NCBI GenBank assembly: GCA_027484085.1
Contig: JAIXQF010000001.1
Coordinates: 4,742-68,741 of the forward strand
DNA from: Actinomycetales bacterium
GTDB taxonomy: Bacteria > Actinomycetota > Actinomycetes > S36-B12 > UBA5976
Direction of reading: 5' to 3'
DNA: 64,000 bases
Shown here: piece after piece, positions 42,988-51,383 of the stretch
Layout of the letters: every line of letters begins with the position of its first letter
How positions within the stretch are numbered: position 1 is the stretch's first letter
Made by a program: the position numbers and the translations under genes
Notes under the pieces: generated by a model
Databases searched by the model: none
What the model was told of the DNA's origin: nothing
What the model saw: the letters and a program-made list of their open reading frames with translations, nothing else

Positions 42988-43026
42988 ATCCCGAACCTAG
43001 TGCGAATCTAGGTTCGGGATTTTTTT
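42988..43026 (+). terminator. rho-independent terminator after the aminotransferase gene
   Basis: 13-bp stem ATCCCGAACCTAG / CTAGGTTCGGGAT followed by TTTTTT. Confidence 0.85.
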
Positions 43027-43029
43027 GTT

Positions 43030-44340
43030 GTGCGAATTAGCAATAGGCTTGGGAAAGTGTTAATCCTGGTTATTGGTCAAGGTGCACGAGAGCACGCCAT
43101 AACCCACACCCTCCAACAAGATCTAAATGTTGAAGTCATTTGTGCTCCCGGAAATCCAGGGATTGCCCAGATCGCAAAGATTGCATCGGTGGACATCAAT
43201 GACATTTCTGCCGTTGTGGAGTTGGCTAAAAAACACAATCCAGATCTAGTGGTTATTGGCCCAGAGGCACCTCTGGTTGCTGGATTAGGTGACGAGCTTC
43301 GCAGTGCAGGTTTTCTAGTATTTGGTCCAAGCAAAGCGGCTGCAGCGTTAGAAGGCAGTAAGGCATTTGCAAAAGAGATTATGCAGGCTGCAGGAGTTCC
43401 AACTGCGGACAGTAAGTTTTGCCAAACAGTGCCAGAAGCTAGGGCTGCACTTGAACTATTTGGCGCACCATACGTAGTCAAAGATGATGGATTAGCTGCC
43501 GGTAAAGGTGTTGTCGTTACCGATGACTTTGATGCTGCAGTTGCGCATGCGATGGTTTGTATTGATAGTCGCGATGGCGGCGCAGTAGTTATCGAAGAAT
43601 TTCTGGACGGCCCAGAAGTTAGTTTGTTTGGCGTAAGCGATGGCACAACAATCGTTCCACTAACTCCCGCTCAAGACTTCAAGCGTGTTGGCGATAACGA
43701 TCAAGGCCCAAACACCGGTGGCATGGGTGCTTACTCACCACTTCCATGGGCCCCAGAAAACTTCGTTGCGGAAGTAACCAAAACTATTTTGCAGCCAATG
43801 ATCATTGAGATGAATCGTCGCGGCACACCATTCGTTGGATTGCTGTTCGCTGGCCTTGCGGTAACGAGTCGGGGAGTTCGAGTTATTGAGTTCAATGCTC
43901 GATTTGGTGATCCTGAAACTCAAGTTGTTCTTGCTCGCCTGAACTCATCACTAAGTGATTTATTAATGGCAGCATCCAGTGGAAAACTTTCGAGCCTGCC
44001 GGAACTTCAGTGGAAGCCAGAATCTGCAGTCACGGTTGTAATGGCAGCGAAGGGATATCCAGATTCACCAGTCTCTGGCGCGGCTATTTCTGGAATTGAT
44101 CAAGCACAGAATCAAGGTTCCTTGGTTTATCACGCTGGTACAAAAATCAATGAGGCTGACGAATTGCTAGTAAACGGTGGGCGAGTGCTGAGCGTTACCG
44201 CCCTTGGCTCAGATTTAGCTGTGGCACGTACGCACGCCTACGCCGGAGTTGAGAGAATTAGATTCGACGGCGAACACCACCGCTCGGATATTGCGCTCAA
44301 AGCAGCGCTTGGTGAGATCAGATTGGGAGACCACAGTTGA
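43030..44340 (+). CDS. purD: phosphoribosylamine--glycine ligase
   Basis: VLILVIGQGAREHA start region and ATP-grasp motifs. The true start may be the GTG at 43057. Confidence 0.9.
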   Translation: MRISNRLGKVLILVIGQGAREHAITHTLQQDLNVEVICAPGNPGIAQIAKIASVDINDISAVVELAKKHNPDLVVIGPEAPLVAGLGDELRSAGFLVFGPSKAAAALEGSKAFAKEIMQAAGVPTADSKFCQTVPEARAALELFGAPYVVKDDGLAAGKGVVVTDDFDAAVAHAMVCIDSRDGGAVVIEEFLDGPEVSLFGVSDGTTIVPLTPAQDFKRVGDNDQGPNTGGMGAYSPLPWAPENFVAEVTKTILQPMIIEMNRRGTPFVGLLFAGLAVTSRGVRVIEFNARFGDPETQVVLARLNSSLSDLLMAASSGKLSSLPELQWKPESAVTVVMAAKGYPDSPVSGAAISGIDQAQNQGSLVYHAGTKINEADELLVNGGRVLSVTALGSDLAVARTHAYAGVERIRFDGEHHRSDIALKAALGEIRLGDHS

Positions 44341-45770
44341 GTAAGCCAAACATTCCGAATGTTCTAGCCGGCCGTTATGCCTCAACTTCTATGGCAGACA
44401 TCTGGTCGCCAACCAACAAGATTGTGCTGGAACGCCAACTTTGGATTGCCGTGCTCCGCGCCCAAAAAGATTTAGATATCGAAGTTCCAAGTGGTGTAAT
44501 CGAGGCCTATGAAGCTGTTATCGCAAACGTCGATCTAGACAGCATTGCAGAGCGAGAGAAGATTTCGCGCCACGATGTTAAAGCACGAATCGAAGAATTC
44601 TGTGAATTAGCTGGGCACGAACACATTCATAAAGGAATGACTAGCCGCGATTTAACTGAAAATGTGGAACAACTTCAGGTGCTTGCTGGACTTAAACTAA
44701 TTCGCACCAAGGCAGTTGCAACCGCTGGAGTTCTAGCTGAACTTGCAGTTCGTTACACCGATGTCGCGCTGACCGGACGTAGTCACAACGTGGCCGCTCA
44801 AACCACAACATTGGGTAAGCGCTTCGCATCTGCTGCTGATGAGTTATTGGTAGCAATTGCTCGCCTAGATGATTTGATTGCCCGCTATCCATTGCGTGGC
44901 ATCAAGGGCCCAGTTGGAACTGCTCAAGACATGCTTGACCTACTAGATGGCGATGCCAGCAAACTTGCTGATTTAGAGTCACGGATTGCGAAGCATCTTG
45001 GATTTGCAAATGTGTTTACCAGCGTTGGTCAGGTGTACCCGCGTTCTGTTGATTACGACACAGTGACTGCATTAGTTCAATTAGCTGCGGGTCCAAGTAG
45101 CTTGGCAACCACTATCCGCTTGATGGCTGGCCATGAACTGGTAACTGAAGGATTCAAAGCAGGTCAAGTTGGATCCAGTGCAATGCCACACAAGATGAAC
45201 ACCCGTTCTTGCGAACGCGTAAATGGTTTCACCGTAATCTTGCGCGGTTACGCATCTATGGCTGGCGAACTAGCTGGCAATCAATGGAATGAAGGCGACG
45301 TTTTCTGCAGTGTGGTTCGTCGCGTTGCATTGCCAGATTCGTTCTATGCAATTGATGGTTTGTTTGAAACTTTCTTAACCGTCCTGGAAGAATTCGGCGC
45401 GTTCCCAGCAGTTATTGAACGGGAGCTTTCTCGTTACTTGCCATTCCTAGCAACTACCAAGATCTTGATGGCTGCAGTTCGCAAAGGTGTTGGTCGCGAA
45501 ACTGCGCATGAAGTAATCAAGGAACATGCTGTTACAGTTGCGCTTGAAATGCGTGGACCAAATGGCGGCGATGGAAATGCCGTGCTTGATCGCTTGGCTG
45601 CCGATGCCCGCTTAGGAATTGATCGCCAAGATTTGGAAAGCTTGATTTCCCAGCCACTTGAATTCACTGGCGCTGCTCGTGACCAGGTTGCTGCCGTAGC
45701 TGAAAAAGTTTCAAAACTCGTCGCTACTTCACCTGAAGCCGCAAACTACCGACCGGAGCCAATCCTGTGA
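44337..45770 (+). CDS. purB: adenylosuccinate lyase
   Basis: GSSAMPHKMNTRSCE fumarate-lyase signature. 477 aa. GTGA/TTGA overlaps with purD. Confidence 0.92.
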   Translation: MSKPNIPNVLAGRYASTSMADIWSPTNKIVLERQLWIAVLRAQKDLDIEVPSGVIEAYEAVIANVDLDSIAEREKISRHDVKARIEEFCELAGHEHIHKGMTSRDLTENVEQLQVLAGLKLIRTKAVATAGVLAELAVRYTDVALTGRSHNVAAQTTTLGKRFASAADELLVAIARLDDLIARYPLRGIKGPVGTAQDMLDLLDGDASKLADLESRIAKHLGFANVFTSVGQVYPRSVDYDTVTALVQLAAGPSSLATTIRLMAGHELVTEGFKAGQVGSSAMPHKMNTRSCERVNGFTVILRGYASMAGELAGNQWNEGDVFCSVVRRVALPDSFYAIDGLFETFLTVLEEFGAFPAVIERELSRYLPFLATTKILMAAVRKGVGRETAHEVIKEHAVTVALEMRGPNGGDGNAVLDRLAADARLGIDRQDLESLISQPLEFTGAARDQVAAVAEKVSKLVATSPEAANYRPEPIL

Positions 45771-46663
45771 CAATTCAGCCCACTAACTATGACTTAGGTG
45801 CTGAATTCAAGCATGTCTACTCCGGCAAAGTCCGCGATCTTTACGAAGCGCCAGATGGGCGCTTGCTTTTCATCGCCAGTGATCGCATCTCGGCCTACGA
45901 CTGGATCTTGCCTTCGGTAATTCCAGACAAAGGACGAATCCTCACCGCGATGTCGATGTGGTGGTTTGATCGCCTGCAAGGCATCGTGCCAAATCATGTG
46001 CTTTCGACAAACGTTCCAAATTCAGTTCGTGGTCGCGCAACTTATTGCGAAAAATTGGAAATGCTTCCGATTGAGTGTGTGGCGCGAGGTTACTTAGCGG
46101 GTTCGGGCTACACCGATTACTTACGCGATCAGTCGATCTGTGGCAACGGTTTGCCGCCAGGCTTAAAGGACGGTGCCAAACTTCCTAAGACGTTGTTCAC
46201 GCCGGCAACCAAAGCAGCGATTGGCGATCATGACGAGAACGTTACTTTTGATGAGGTTATAACTTCGATCGGCATGGAAGAAGCGCAGCAACTTAAGCGT
46301 TACACCACTTGGATTTACGATGTTGCTGCTGAGATTGCATTTGAGCGTGGAATCATTTTGGCTGATACCAAGTTCGAATTTGGTCTAGGTCTGGTTGGTG
46401 AAAACAAAAATCAGATCGTTCTTGCCGACGAAGTTCTGACTCCAGATAGCTCACGCTATTGGCCAGCTGATCAATGGGTTCCGGGCCAGGCTCAACCTTC
46501 CTACGACAAGCAATTTGTGCGCGATTGGCTGACCTCACCTGCATCAGGTTGGGATAAGAATTCTGGCGAAGCACCACCTGCATTGCCTGAGGATGTAATC
46601 GAAAAAACTCGCGAACGCTACGTCGCAGCTTACGAACAACTCACTGGCCAGAAATTTAGTTAG
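45767..46663 (+). CDS. purC: phosphoribosylaminoimidazole-succinocarboxamide synthase
   Basis: YSGKVRDLY, ASDRISAYD, LADTKFEFG motifs. Confidence 0.92.
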   Translation: MTIQPTNYDLGAEFKHVYSGKVRDLYEAPDGRLLFIASDRISAYDWILPSVIPDKGRILTAMSMWWFDRLQGIVPNHVLSTNVPNSVRGRATYCEKLEMLPIECVARGYLAGSGYTDYLRDQSICGNGLPPGLKDGAKLPKTLFTPATKAAIGDHDENVTFDEVITSIGMEEAQQLKRYTTWIYDVAAEIAFERGIILADTKFEFGLGLVGENKNQIVLADEVLTPDSSRYWPADQWVPGQAQPSYDKQFVRDWLTSPASGWDKNSGEAPPALPEDVIEKTRERYVAAYEQLTGQKFS

Positions 46664-46669
46664 CAGGCA

Positions 46670-46699
46670 AACCCGCAATGCAACATCACATTGCGGGTT
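46670..46699. terminator. hairpin after purC (no U-tract)
   Basis: AACCCGCAATG-CAACATCA-CATTGCGGGTT. Could terminate purC and/or the convergent tRNA-like gene. Confidence 0.45.
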
Positions 46700-46712
46700 C
46701 ACCAAGTTTGGG

Positions 46713-46785
46713 AACCCCTGGCGGGAATTGAACCCGCATCTCCAATTAAGTCAGGATTGGGCTCTTTCCATTGAGCTACAGGGGT
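46713..46785 (-). tRNA. tRNA-like gene with non-canonical anticodon arm (nominal anticodon GAC), no encoded CCA
   Basis: Minus strand ACCCCTG-TA-GCTCAATGGAAAGAGC-C-CAATC-CTGACTT-AATTG-GAGAT-GCGGGTTCAATTCCCGC-CAGGGGT-T. Acceptor, D and T arms are good. The anticodon stem has a C31/A39 mismatch and U37, or alternatively a 9-nt loop. Confidence 0.5.
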
Positions 46786-46913
46786 ACCCCAAGAGAATGT
46801 TTATCTGTGATTCATTATTTACAAACTGAGTCAAGGCGATTGTGGATAAACAACACAAGTGAGTTATCACATTCACCTATTGACAAGAATCTCCGAAGGT
46901 GTAAAAATCTTTT

Positions 46914-46995
46914 TATTGAGTCAGGATTGGATGTCGGGTAACCGACGCTCTAACCGAAAAAGGCCCGCGAAACATCTCGCGGGCCTTTTCTCTTT
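46914..46995 (+). ncRNA. speculative ~80-nt small RNA
   Basis: TTGACA (46880-46885), N17, AAAAAT (46903-46908), then an internal hairpin GTCGGGTAACCGAC and the 46957-46995 terminator. No coding potential. Confidence 0.2.
46957..46995. terminator. bidirectional rho-independent terminator; on the minus strand it directly follows the orphan 3' end of the TPP-enzyme gene
   Basis: GGCCCGCGA-AACATC-TCGCGGGCC stem (46962-46985), flanked by AAAAA on one side and TTTTCTCTTTT on the other. Confidence 0.75.
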
Positions 46996-47000
46996 TGAAT

Positions 47001-47059
47001 TACTTTTCGCCCCAGCGCGGACTTGTGCTTTTTGGTGGATACAAAGTTTCCCGAATCAA
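47001..47059. repeat. direct repeat copy A (orphan copy of the last 19 codons of the TPP-enzyme gene, own TAA stop at 47000-47002)
   Basis: 58/59 identical to 51385-51443. The only difference is 47030 T versus 51414 C, a synonymous AAA/AAG Lys change in the minus-strand frame. Confidence 0.95.
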
Positions 47060-48837
47060 AGAGATTTCAAGTTGCCTTCAATGGGTAAGTCTGCCGTAAG
47101 AATCGTTTGATTATCCTGTCGATTCCTGCTCCAAGTAATTGTGCAGGCATCCAACAACGTCGAACCAAGCCCAGCCCTTGACTGGAAATTGAAATGCGTA
47201 CCGTTATCGATAACTTCAATCGTCATTGACTCATTTATTGGATCTGAGATGCGAATAGAAATCCATTTTGCTTGTCCGTGCTGAATTGCGTTACTACAAC
47301 TTTCATGAACTATGTCCCAGCAAATTGAGGAAGTTGCTGCATCACCATTTATAACAGCACTTGCTCTAGGTGAAATGGCCGCATCAATCTGGCACAAATT
47401 TTTCCACGTTACTGCCAAATCGTTGCAAATTTTGCTGAACTCTTCTTGAGTCCCATCCCATCTCGTCTTGGGTAGTAACGCCTGCTCAACACTTGCTCGG
47501 ACCTCATCAATGATGCCCTCTTGTGTCATCTCTTCATTGGAGTTTTGAAGGCGAATAACACCCTTGTTGATTGCGCTTTGAACTGGACCATGAAGTACTC
47601 TTGCCAGCTCACCGTGCTCGAACCAATTTATGATATTGAGGCGAGCCTTGAGCCGCGATAACTCATTAATTCCCTTTAGGTACTCGCTTTCAATCCTGGT
47701 GGATTCTGCTTGAGCGGCTCCTCCGATAGCAAGGAACCAGCCGAAAACTGGCAGAATTACCAAACCACCTTTTAGGACAAACCAGGGATCGGAACTATCA
47801 CGCAGGATTATCGATGCAACAATCCCAGCGGGAATTGTTGTAATCATAAGAATCAAAGTAATAAGAAGTGCTCGCACCATAATGCTATGAATCTCGCCTA
47901 TACGAGTTGTAATTCTTGTCAATAAGTTGATAGTTAAGTACAGCGAAACAAAGCTACAAATAGTTAATGGAATAGCTAAAGCAATGCCAAAGAAAACCAC
48001 AAATGCAGTTAGTGCAGTTAGAGTTGCTAAGGACGATAGAAGTTTCGGACGAAGCGAAAGCTCAGGACGAATCTGAGTTGCTACATCGCGCCAGCGCAAC
48101 TTTAGTTCAGGAAACTCTCGAGCTCGCCATACTGGAATTCGTTGTGCCAGGCTATGGCTCAGTGGCCTAATCACTTCGGTAGCAATCAGCTTCAGGTCCT
48201 CAATCGAAATGTCATTTTCTATGCTGAATACATGCGCTAACTCATGTTCAATTGATTGCTCTATCTGATTGATTGTGCTGCTTCGTAATGCAGCTTCATT
48301 GCCAGAACTTCGTTCCAGGGCATCTCGCAACTCAGCCTGAACCTTTTGTAGGTTGTAAATTCGCTCCCTGTTTTCATCGAGAGCAGCAGCGGCATAGGTT
48401 GCAATGATTGTTGCCAAACCAAATGGAATAGCACTTCCAGGAATTCTAAAATCTAAATGAAGAGAGTCTGCCATTTCTAAGTTGAAAAAGACTATTGCCA
48501 TAACTAGTCCACGTAACGCGCCGCCAATTAGGTAGGAAAAAAGAATTAACGTAATGTGCCAGTTCTCACTCTTGATCCTTCGTGCAATCAAATGAGCCAG
48601 GGCAATTACTGCAATGCCAGGTATAAATGCAATGCTGGCAACAATTGCGCGGACAAAAAGATTTCCTTCTACTGTCCCACCATTTGGAGCCATGTGGATC
48701 AGCACACTTAAAACAATGAGAGTAATGATGACCGGGGCGCTTAGAACTCGTGAGCCAGTTGCTAGTAGTAGAAATCTTTTTAGTTTGGTTCGTTCATCTA
48801 CGCGATTCATAGTTTTAGTCTCTTCGCTTTGGGTCAT
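47056..48837 (-). CDS. membrane histidine kinase (HisKA_3/NarX-like catalytic core) with two multi-TM blocks
   Basis: Two clusters of about 4 TM helices, each followed by a coiled coil. H-box-like ARVLHGPVQSAI, N-box HESCSNAIQHGQA, G-boxes VIDNGT and GLGST. Overlaps the upstream LuxR-type RR gene. Confidence 0.7.
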   Translation of the reverse strand: MTQSEETKTMNRVDERTKLKRFLLLATGSRVLSAPVIITLIVLSVLIHMAPNGGTVEGNLFVRAIVASIAFIPGIAVIALAHLIARRIKSENWHITLILFSYLIGGALRGLVMAIVFFNLEMADSLHLDFRIPGSAIPFGLATIIATYAAAALDENRERIYNLQKVQAELRDALERSSGNEAALRSSTINQIEQSIEHELAHVFSIENDISIEDLKLIATEVIRPLSHSLAQRIPVWRAREFPELKLRWRDVATQIRPELSLRPKLLSSLATLTALTAFVVFFGIALAIPLTICSFVSLYLTINLLTRITTRIGEIHSIMVRALLITLILMITTIPAGIVASIILRDSSDPWFVLKGGLVILPVFGWFLAIGGAAQAESTRIESEYLKGINELSRLKARLNIINWFEHGELARVLHGPVQSAINKGVIRLQNSNEEMTQEGIIDEVRASVEQALLPKTRWDGTQEEFSKICNDLAVTWKNLCQIDAAISPRASAVINGDAATSSICWDIVHESCSNAIQHGQAKWISIRISDPINESMTIEVIDNGTHFNFQSRAGLGSTLLDACTITWSRNRQDNQTILTADLPIEGNLKSL

Positions 48838-49495
48838 TTATTTGCATTATGAATTCACGCGCAGCCATAACCCGGGCATTAAGGTCTCCAGCTTGCGATA
48901 TTCCAAGTGCTGAGAGAGTGCGGGTAATCAAACTCTCAGTAGCACCTAATGATCTATCTCGGATTTCAGCGATTTGAGCATTGGTTTTCCCGTCTGCTAA
49001 CAATCGCAGTACTTGAATTTGTGAATAAGACAGATGCGCCATAGGCCTATCTTCCCGTTTATCAAATCGGTATAGTTCGACATCAGTTTCTGAAAGCACT
49101 GCATTAAGGGCATCAAGTAATACTGTGGGCGAATCCAACATGTGTTTGTTCAAATACGCAGCATTAGGTTTTGCAGAATCTGTTTCGTGCCCAGCAAAGC
49201 GTGGATCAGAAAAGTTAGTGAGAAAAACAATTCCAATCTCATTTGAATTGAGATTGAGTCCTTTAACTAAATCGATTCCGGAGGGACCAGCACCTAGGTC
49301 GATGTCTAATACGAGTGCATCGGGGTCAATTAGATGAATCAATCGTGAAGCTTCTGCTGCATTACTGGCCTGGGTAACTGCAAATCCGGCCTTTGATAAA
49401 TACTCAGAGATTAATCCCCGAATAAAAGCATCATCCTCAACAATGAGCACTGAGCGAAGATGCTCTGAACCAGATGACTTTTCAGGGGTAACCAT
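48815..49495 (-). CDS. LuxR/NarL-family response regulator
   Basis: Receiver domain VLIVEDDAFIRG...LVLDIDLG...AAYLNK. C-terminal HTH LSYSQIQVLRLLADGKTNAQIAEI. Confidence 0.85.
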   Translation of the reverse strand: MVTPEKSSGSEHLRSVLIVEDDAFIRGLISEYLSKAGFAVTQASNAAEASRLIHLIDPDALVLDIDLGAGPSGIDLVKGLNLNSNEIGIVFLTNFSDPRFAGHETDSAKPNAAYLNKHMLDSPTVLLDALNAVLSETDVELYRFDKREDRPMAHLSYSQIQVLRLLADGKTNAQIAEIRDRSLGATESLITRTLSALGISQAGDLNARVMAAREFIMQINDPKRRD

Positions 49496-49510
49496 ATATT
49501 CAGAGTAATA

Positions 49511-49630
49511 GGGGGTAACCCTTGATTGAGTTTTCTATTAGGGGCTAGCCCCTAAATCCCATGCTTTATTTAAAATGCTTTACGCCATGAATTGAGAGCC
49601 AGCCCCTAATTCGTAAATCCCCAAGCTTTG
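49511..49630. promoter_or_regulatory. divergent control region with perfect 7-2-7 palindrome and a ~60-nt imperfect tandem module
   Basis: TTAGGGGCTAGCCCCTAA is an 18-bp perfect palindrome at 49538-49555 (TAGGGGC-TA-GCCCCTA). The half-site AGCCCCTAA recurs at 49601-49609. TAAATCCC occurs at 49553 and 49613, ATTGAG at 49525 and 49591, and ATGCTTTA twice at 49561 and 49575. Confidence 0.55.
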
Positions 49631-49675
49631 CGATTGCTTGAATGAGGTGGTTAGTGCCTAGATTTTGGAGATGTC

Positions 49676-51328
49676 ATGAAGAAATACATAAGTCAAACTC
49701 GACTAGTAAGAAATTCAACAGTTGTGCTTATTGCACTAGCAATGGTTTTCTCTGGCGTGAGCGCAGTGTCGGCGCGAGTCCTTGTGTACATGGGAAACAA
49801 TTTCAATAACGGCCTTGCACTCAGTTCACTTGGTACCGCCTACAATGAAAATGAGGTAACTGGAATTTCCGCAGAAGGAATAACTGGTAGCGGCGGACAC
49901 ATGAAGTATTTCTCTACAGTCAACTGCTTGGATATCTCTGACATGGACGAAGTAACCGAAATCAATCCACATACGAAATACGAAATTTTAGAGCTAGATG
50001 CATCGGGCTCGATGGGCGGAACATGTGAATTAGAATTCGAAAGAATCGCTGGAAGCGATCCTTGGGGCTGGTTTGATGCAACAACAACAACACCGGCACA
50101 AATTAGAGAAGGAATAGACGCTGGCACTCTTGCGCCAAACCAAACAGATCTCAACTTCTATGACAACAGTCCAAATGACATACCCATCATCTATGTTGTT
50201 ACCAACACAAAGGTGATATTCAAAAGCTCTTCAAATCCAAGCGCTTCATATGAAATCAAAATGAAAAGTCCGACTTCAACCGAAATTGATAACCCGGCTG
50301 GAGTACAAGGAACAACTAAGGACTTTGTTTTTGATTACGAAGCAAACTCAAATGCAGGCCCAAATGCGGCCAATAATCCACCTCAGACATTGGTTGCTAC
50401 AAGTTGCACTGGACTCGGAAATGTAGTGGGTGATTCAGCTCAAGCAATTTATGAAGCCAAAGCCCTTACCCCAACGACTACCGGAGAGCACACATTTAGA
50501 ACCGTGTTTGCTCATGATTCAACCCTGTCAGGAATCAAATGGAACGAAGGTGCAAGTGTTGGGGAGACCGTTGGATGGTCAGATGGTCTTGCTTTTGGCG
50601 GCACGGGCGCATTGCTAATCTATTCAAGTTTTGATCCGAACAATTTGGACCAAAACATTGTTGCGTGCAGCATGGAAAATTCAGCTGCTGGTGCGAGAAG
50701 CAAGACCAAAACCAAAATGGCAACAAGCTTCAGTAATCAGCCCGCTCAGCAAATTCCGTACATCATCTCTGATACTTATCCCCAGGTAACAAGCACATTG
50801 ACTGCTGGGACAACTTATACCTTGGTCTATATCCCTCTTACTTACACAGGTAAGTACGTTAGCCAAGCGCGATTCCGGGCCGTAAAGGATCTAAATAATA
50901 GCAATAGCGAAACAGTTCGCGTTGAAGTATGGCAACCACCAAGTGTTGTAACTTCAAAAACTTGCAAGTCTAAGTCGCTCGGTGATGTGAATTTTGCAGC
51001 CGATTCAGCGAAGCTTTCATCTTCTGCCAAGAAGAAACTAAACGCATACGCAAAATCAATTAAATCTTCAGGTTGCAAAAAGATCACCCTGAATGGCCAT
51101 GCTGCAACTACGTCCGGCAACTCTGGGGCGTTTAAGCAGAATCGGACTGACATTGCCAGAGATCGAAACATTGCTGTAGCAAACTACTTATCAGTGCAAC
51201 TGAAAAAGATTGGCGCCAATGTGACAATAAAGAAAGTTACTATGGCGGGCAAGAACCCAGTAGCCAGCAACAGAACATCAGATGGACGTTCTAAGAATCG
51301 TCGAGTCGCAATTATCTTGACACCTTAG
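49676..51328 (+). CDS. secreted 550-aa protein with C-terminal OmpA_C (peptidoglycan-binding) domain
   Basis: Signal peptide VVLIALAMVFSGVSAVSA. About 430 aa of N-terminal region I cannot assign. C-terminus VNFAADSAKLSSSAKKKL...IARDRNIAVANYL...NRRVAIILTP matches OmpA_C. Confidence 0.75.
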   Translation: MKKYISQTRLVRNSTVVLIALAMVFSGVSAVSARVLVYMGNNFNNGLALSSLGTAYNENEVTGISAEGITGSGGHMKYFSTVNCLDISDMDEVTEINPHTKYEILELDASGSMGGTCELEFERIAGSDPWGWFDATTTTPAQIREGIDAGTLAPNQTDLNFYDNSPNDIPIIYVVTNTKVIFKSSSNPSASYEIKMKSPTSTEIDNPAGVQGTTKDFVFDYEANSNAGPNAANNPPQTLVATSCTGLGNVVGDSAQAIYEAKALTPTTTGEHTFRTVFAHDSTLSGIKWNEGASVGETVGWSDGLAFGGTGALLIYSSFDPNNLDQNIVACSMENSAAGARSKTKTKMATSFSNQPAQQIPYIISDTYPQVTSTLTAGTTYTLVYIPLTYTGKYVSQARFRAVKDLNNSNSETVRVEVWQPPSVVTSKTCKSKSLGDVNFAADSAKLSSSAKKKLNAYAKSIKSSGCKKITLNGHAATTSGNSGAFKQNRTDIARDRNIAVANYLSVQLKKIGANVTIKKVTMAGKNPVASNRTSDGRSKNRRVAIILTP

Positions 51329-51344
51329 AGAATCTAGATGAATA

Positions 51345-51373
51345 GAAATGCCCCCTAATCCAGGGGGCATTTC
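51345..51373. terminator. bidirectional terminator at the right end of the islet
   Basis: GAAATGCCCCCT-AATCC-AGGGGGCATTTC, followed by TATTTC. Confidence 0.7.
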
Positions 51374-51383
51374 TATTTCAAAT

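Noticed and set aside
46713-46785. Interpreting the 9-nt anticodon-loop fold of the tRNA-like gene as a frameshift-suppressor or recoding tRNA.
   Set aside because: The alternative 7-nt loop fold with one mismatch is equally possible. There is no supporting evidence such as recoded genes, so it is left as an open observation rather than a claim.
46859-47110. 83-aa plus-strand ORF spanning the intergenic region, the terminator and direct repeat A.
   Set aside because: It runs through a strong terminator hairpin and the repeat, and overlaps the kinase gene end. It has no RBS or motif, so it is considered spurious.
49508-49515. The 8-mer ATAGGGGG is shared between the 3' end of tRNA-Thr (26886-26893) and the islet control region, suggesting a possible att relationship.
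   Set aside because: An 8-nt match is expected by chance many times in 64 kb, and there is no extended identity.
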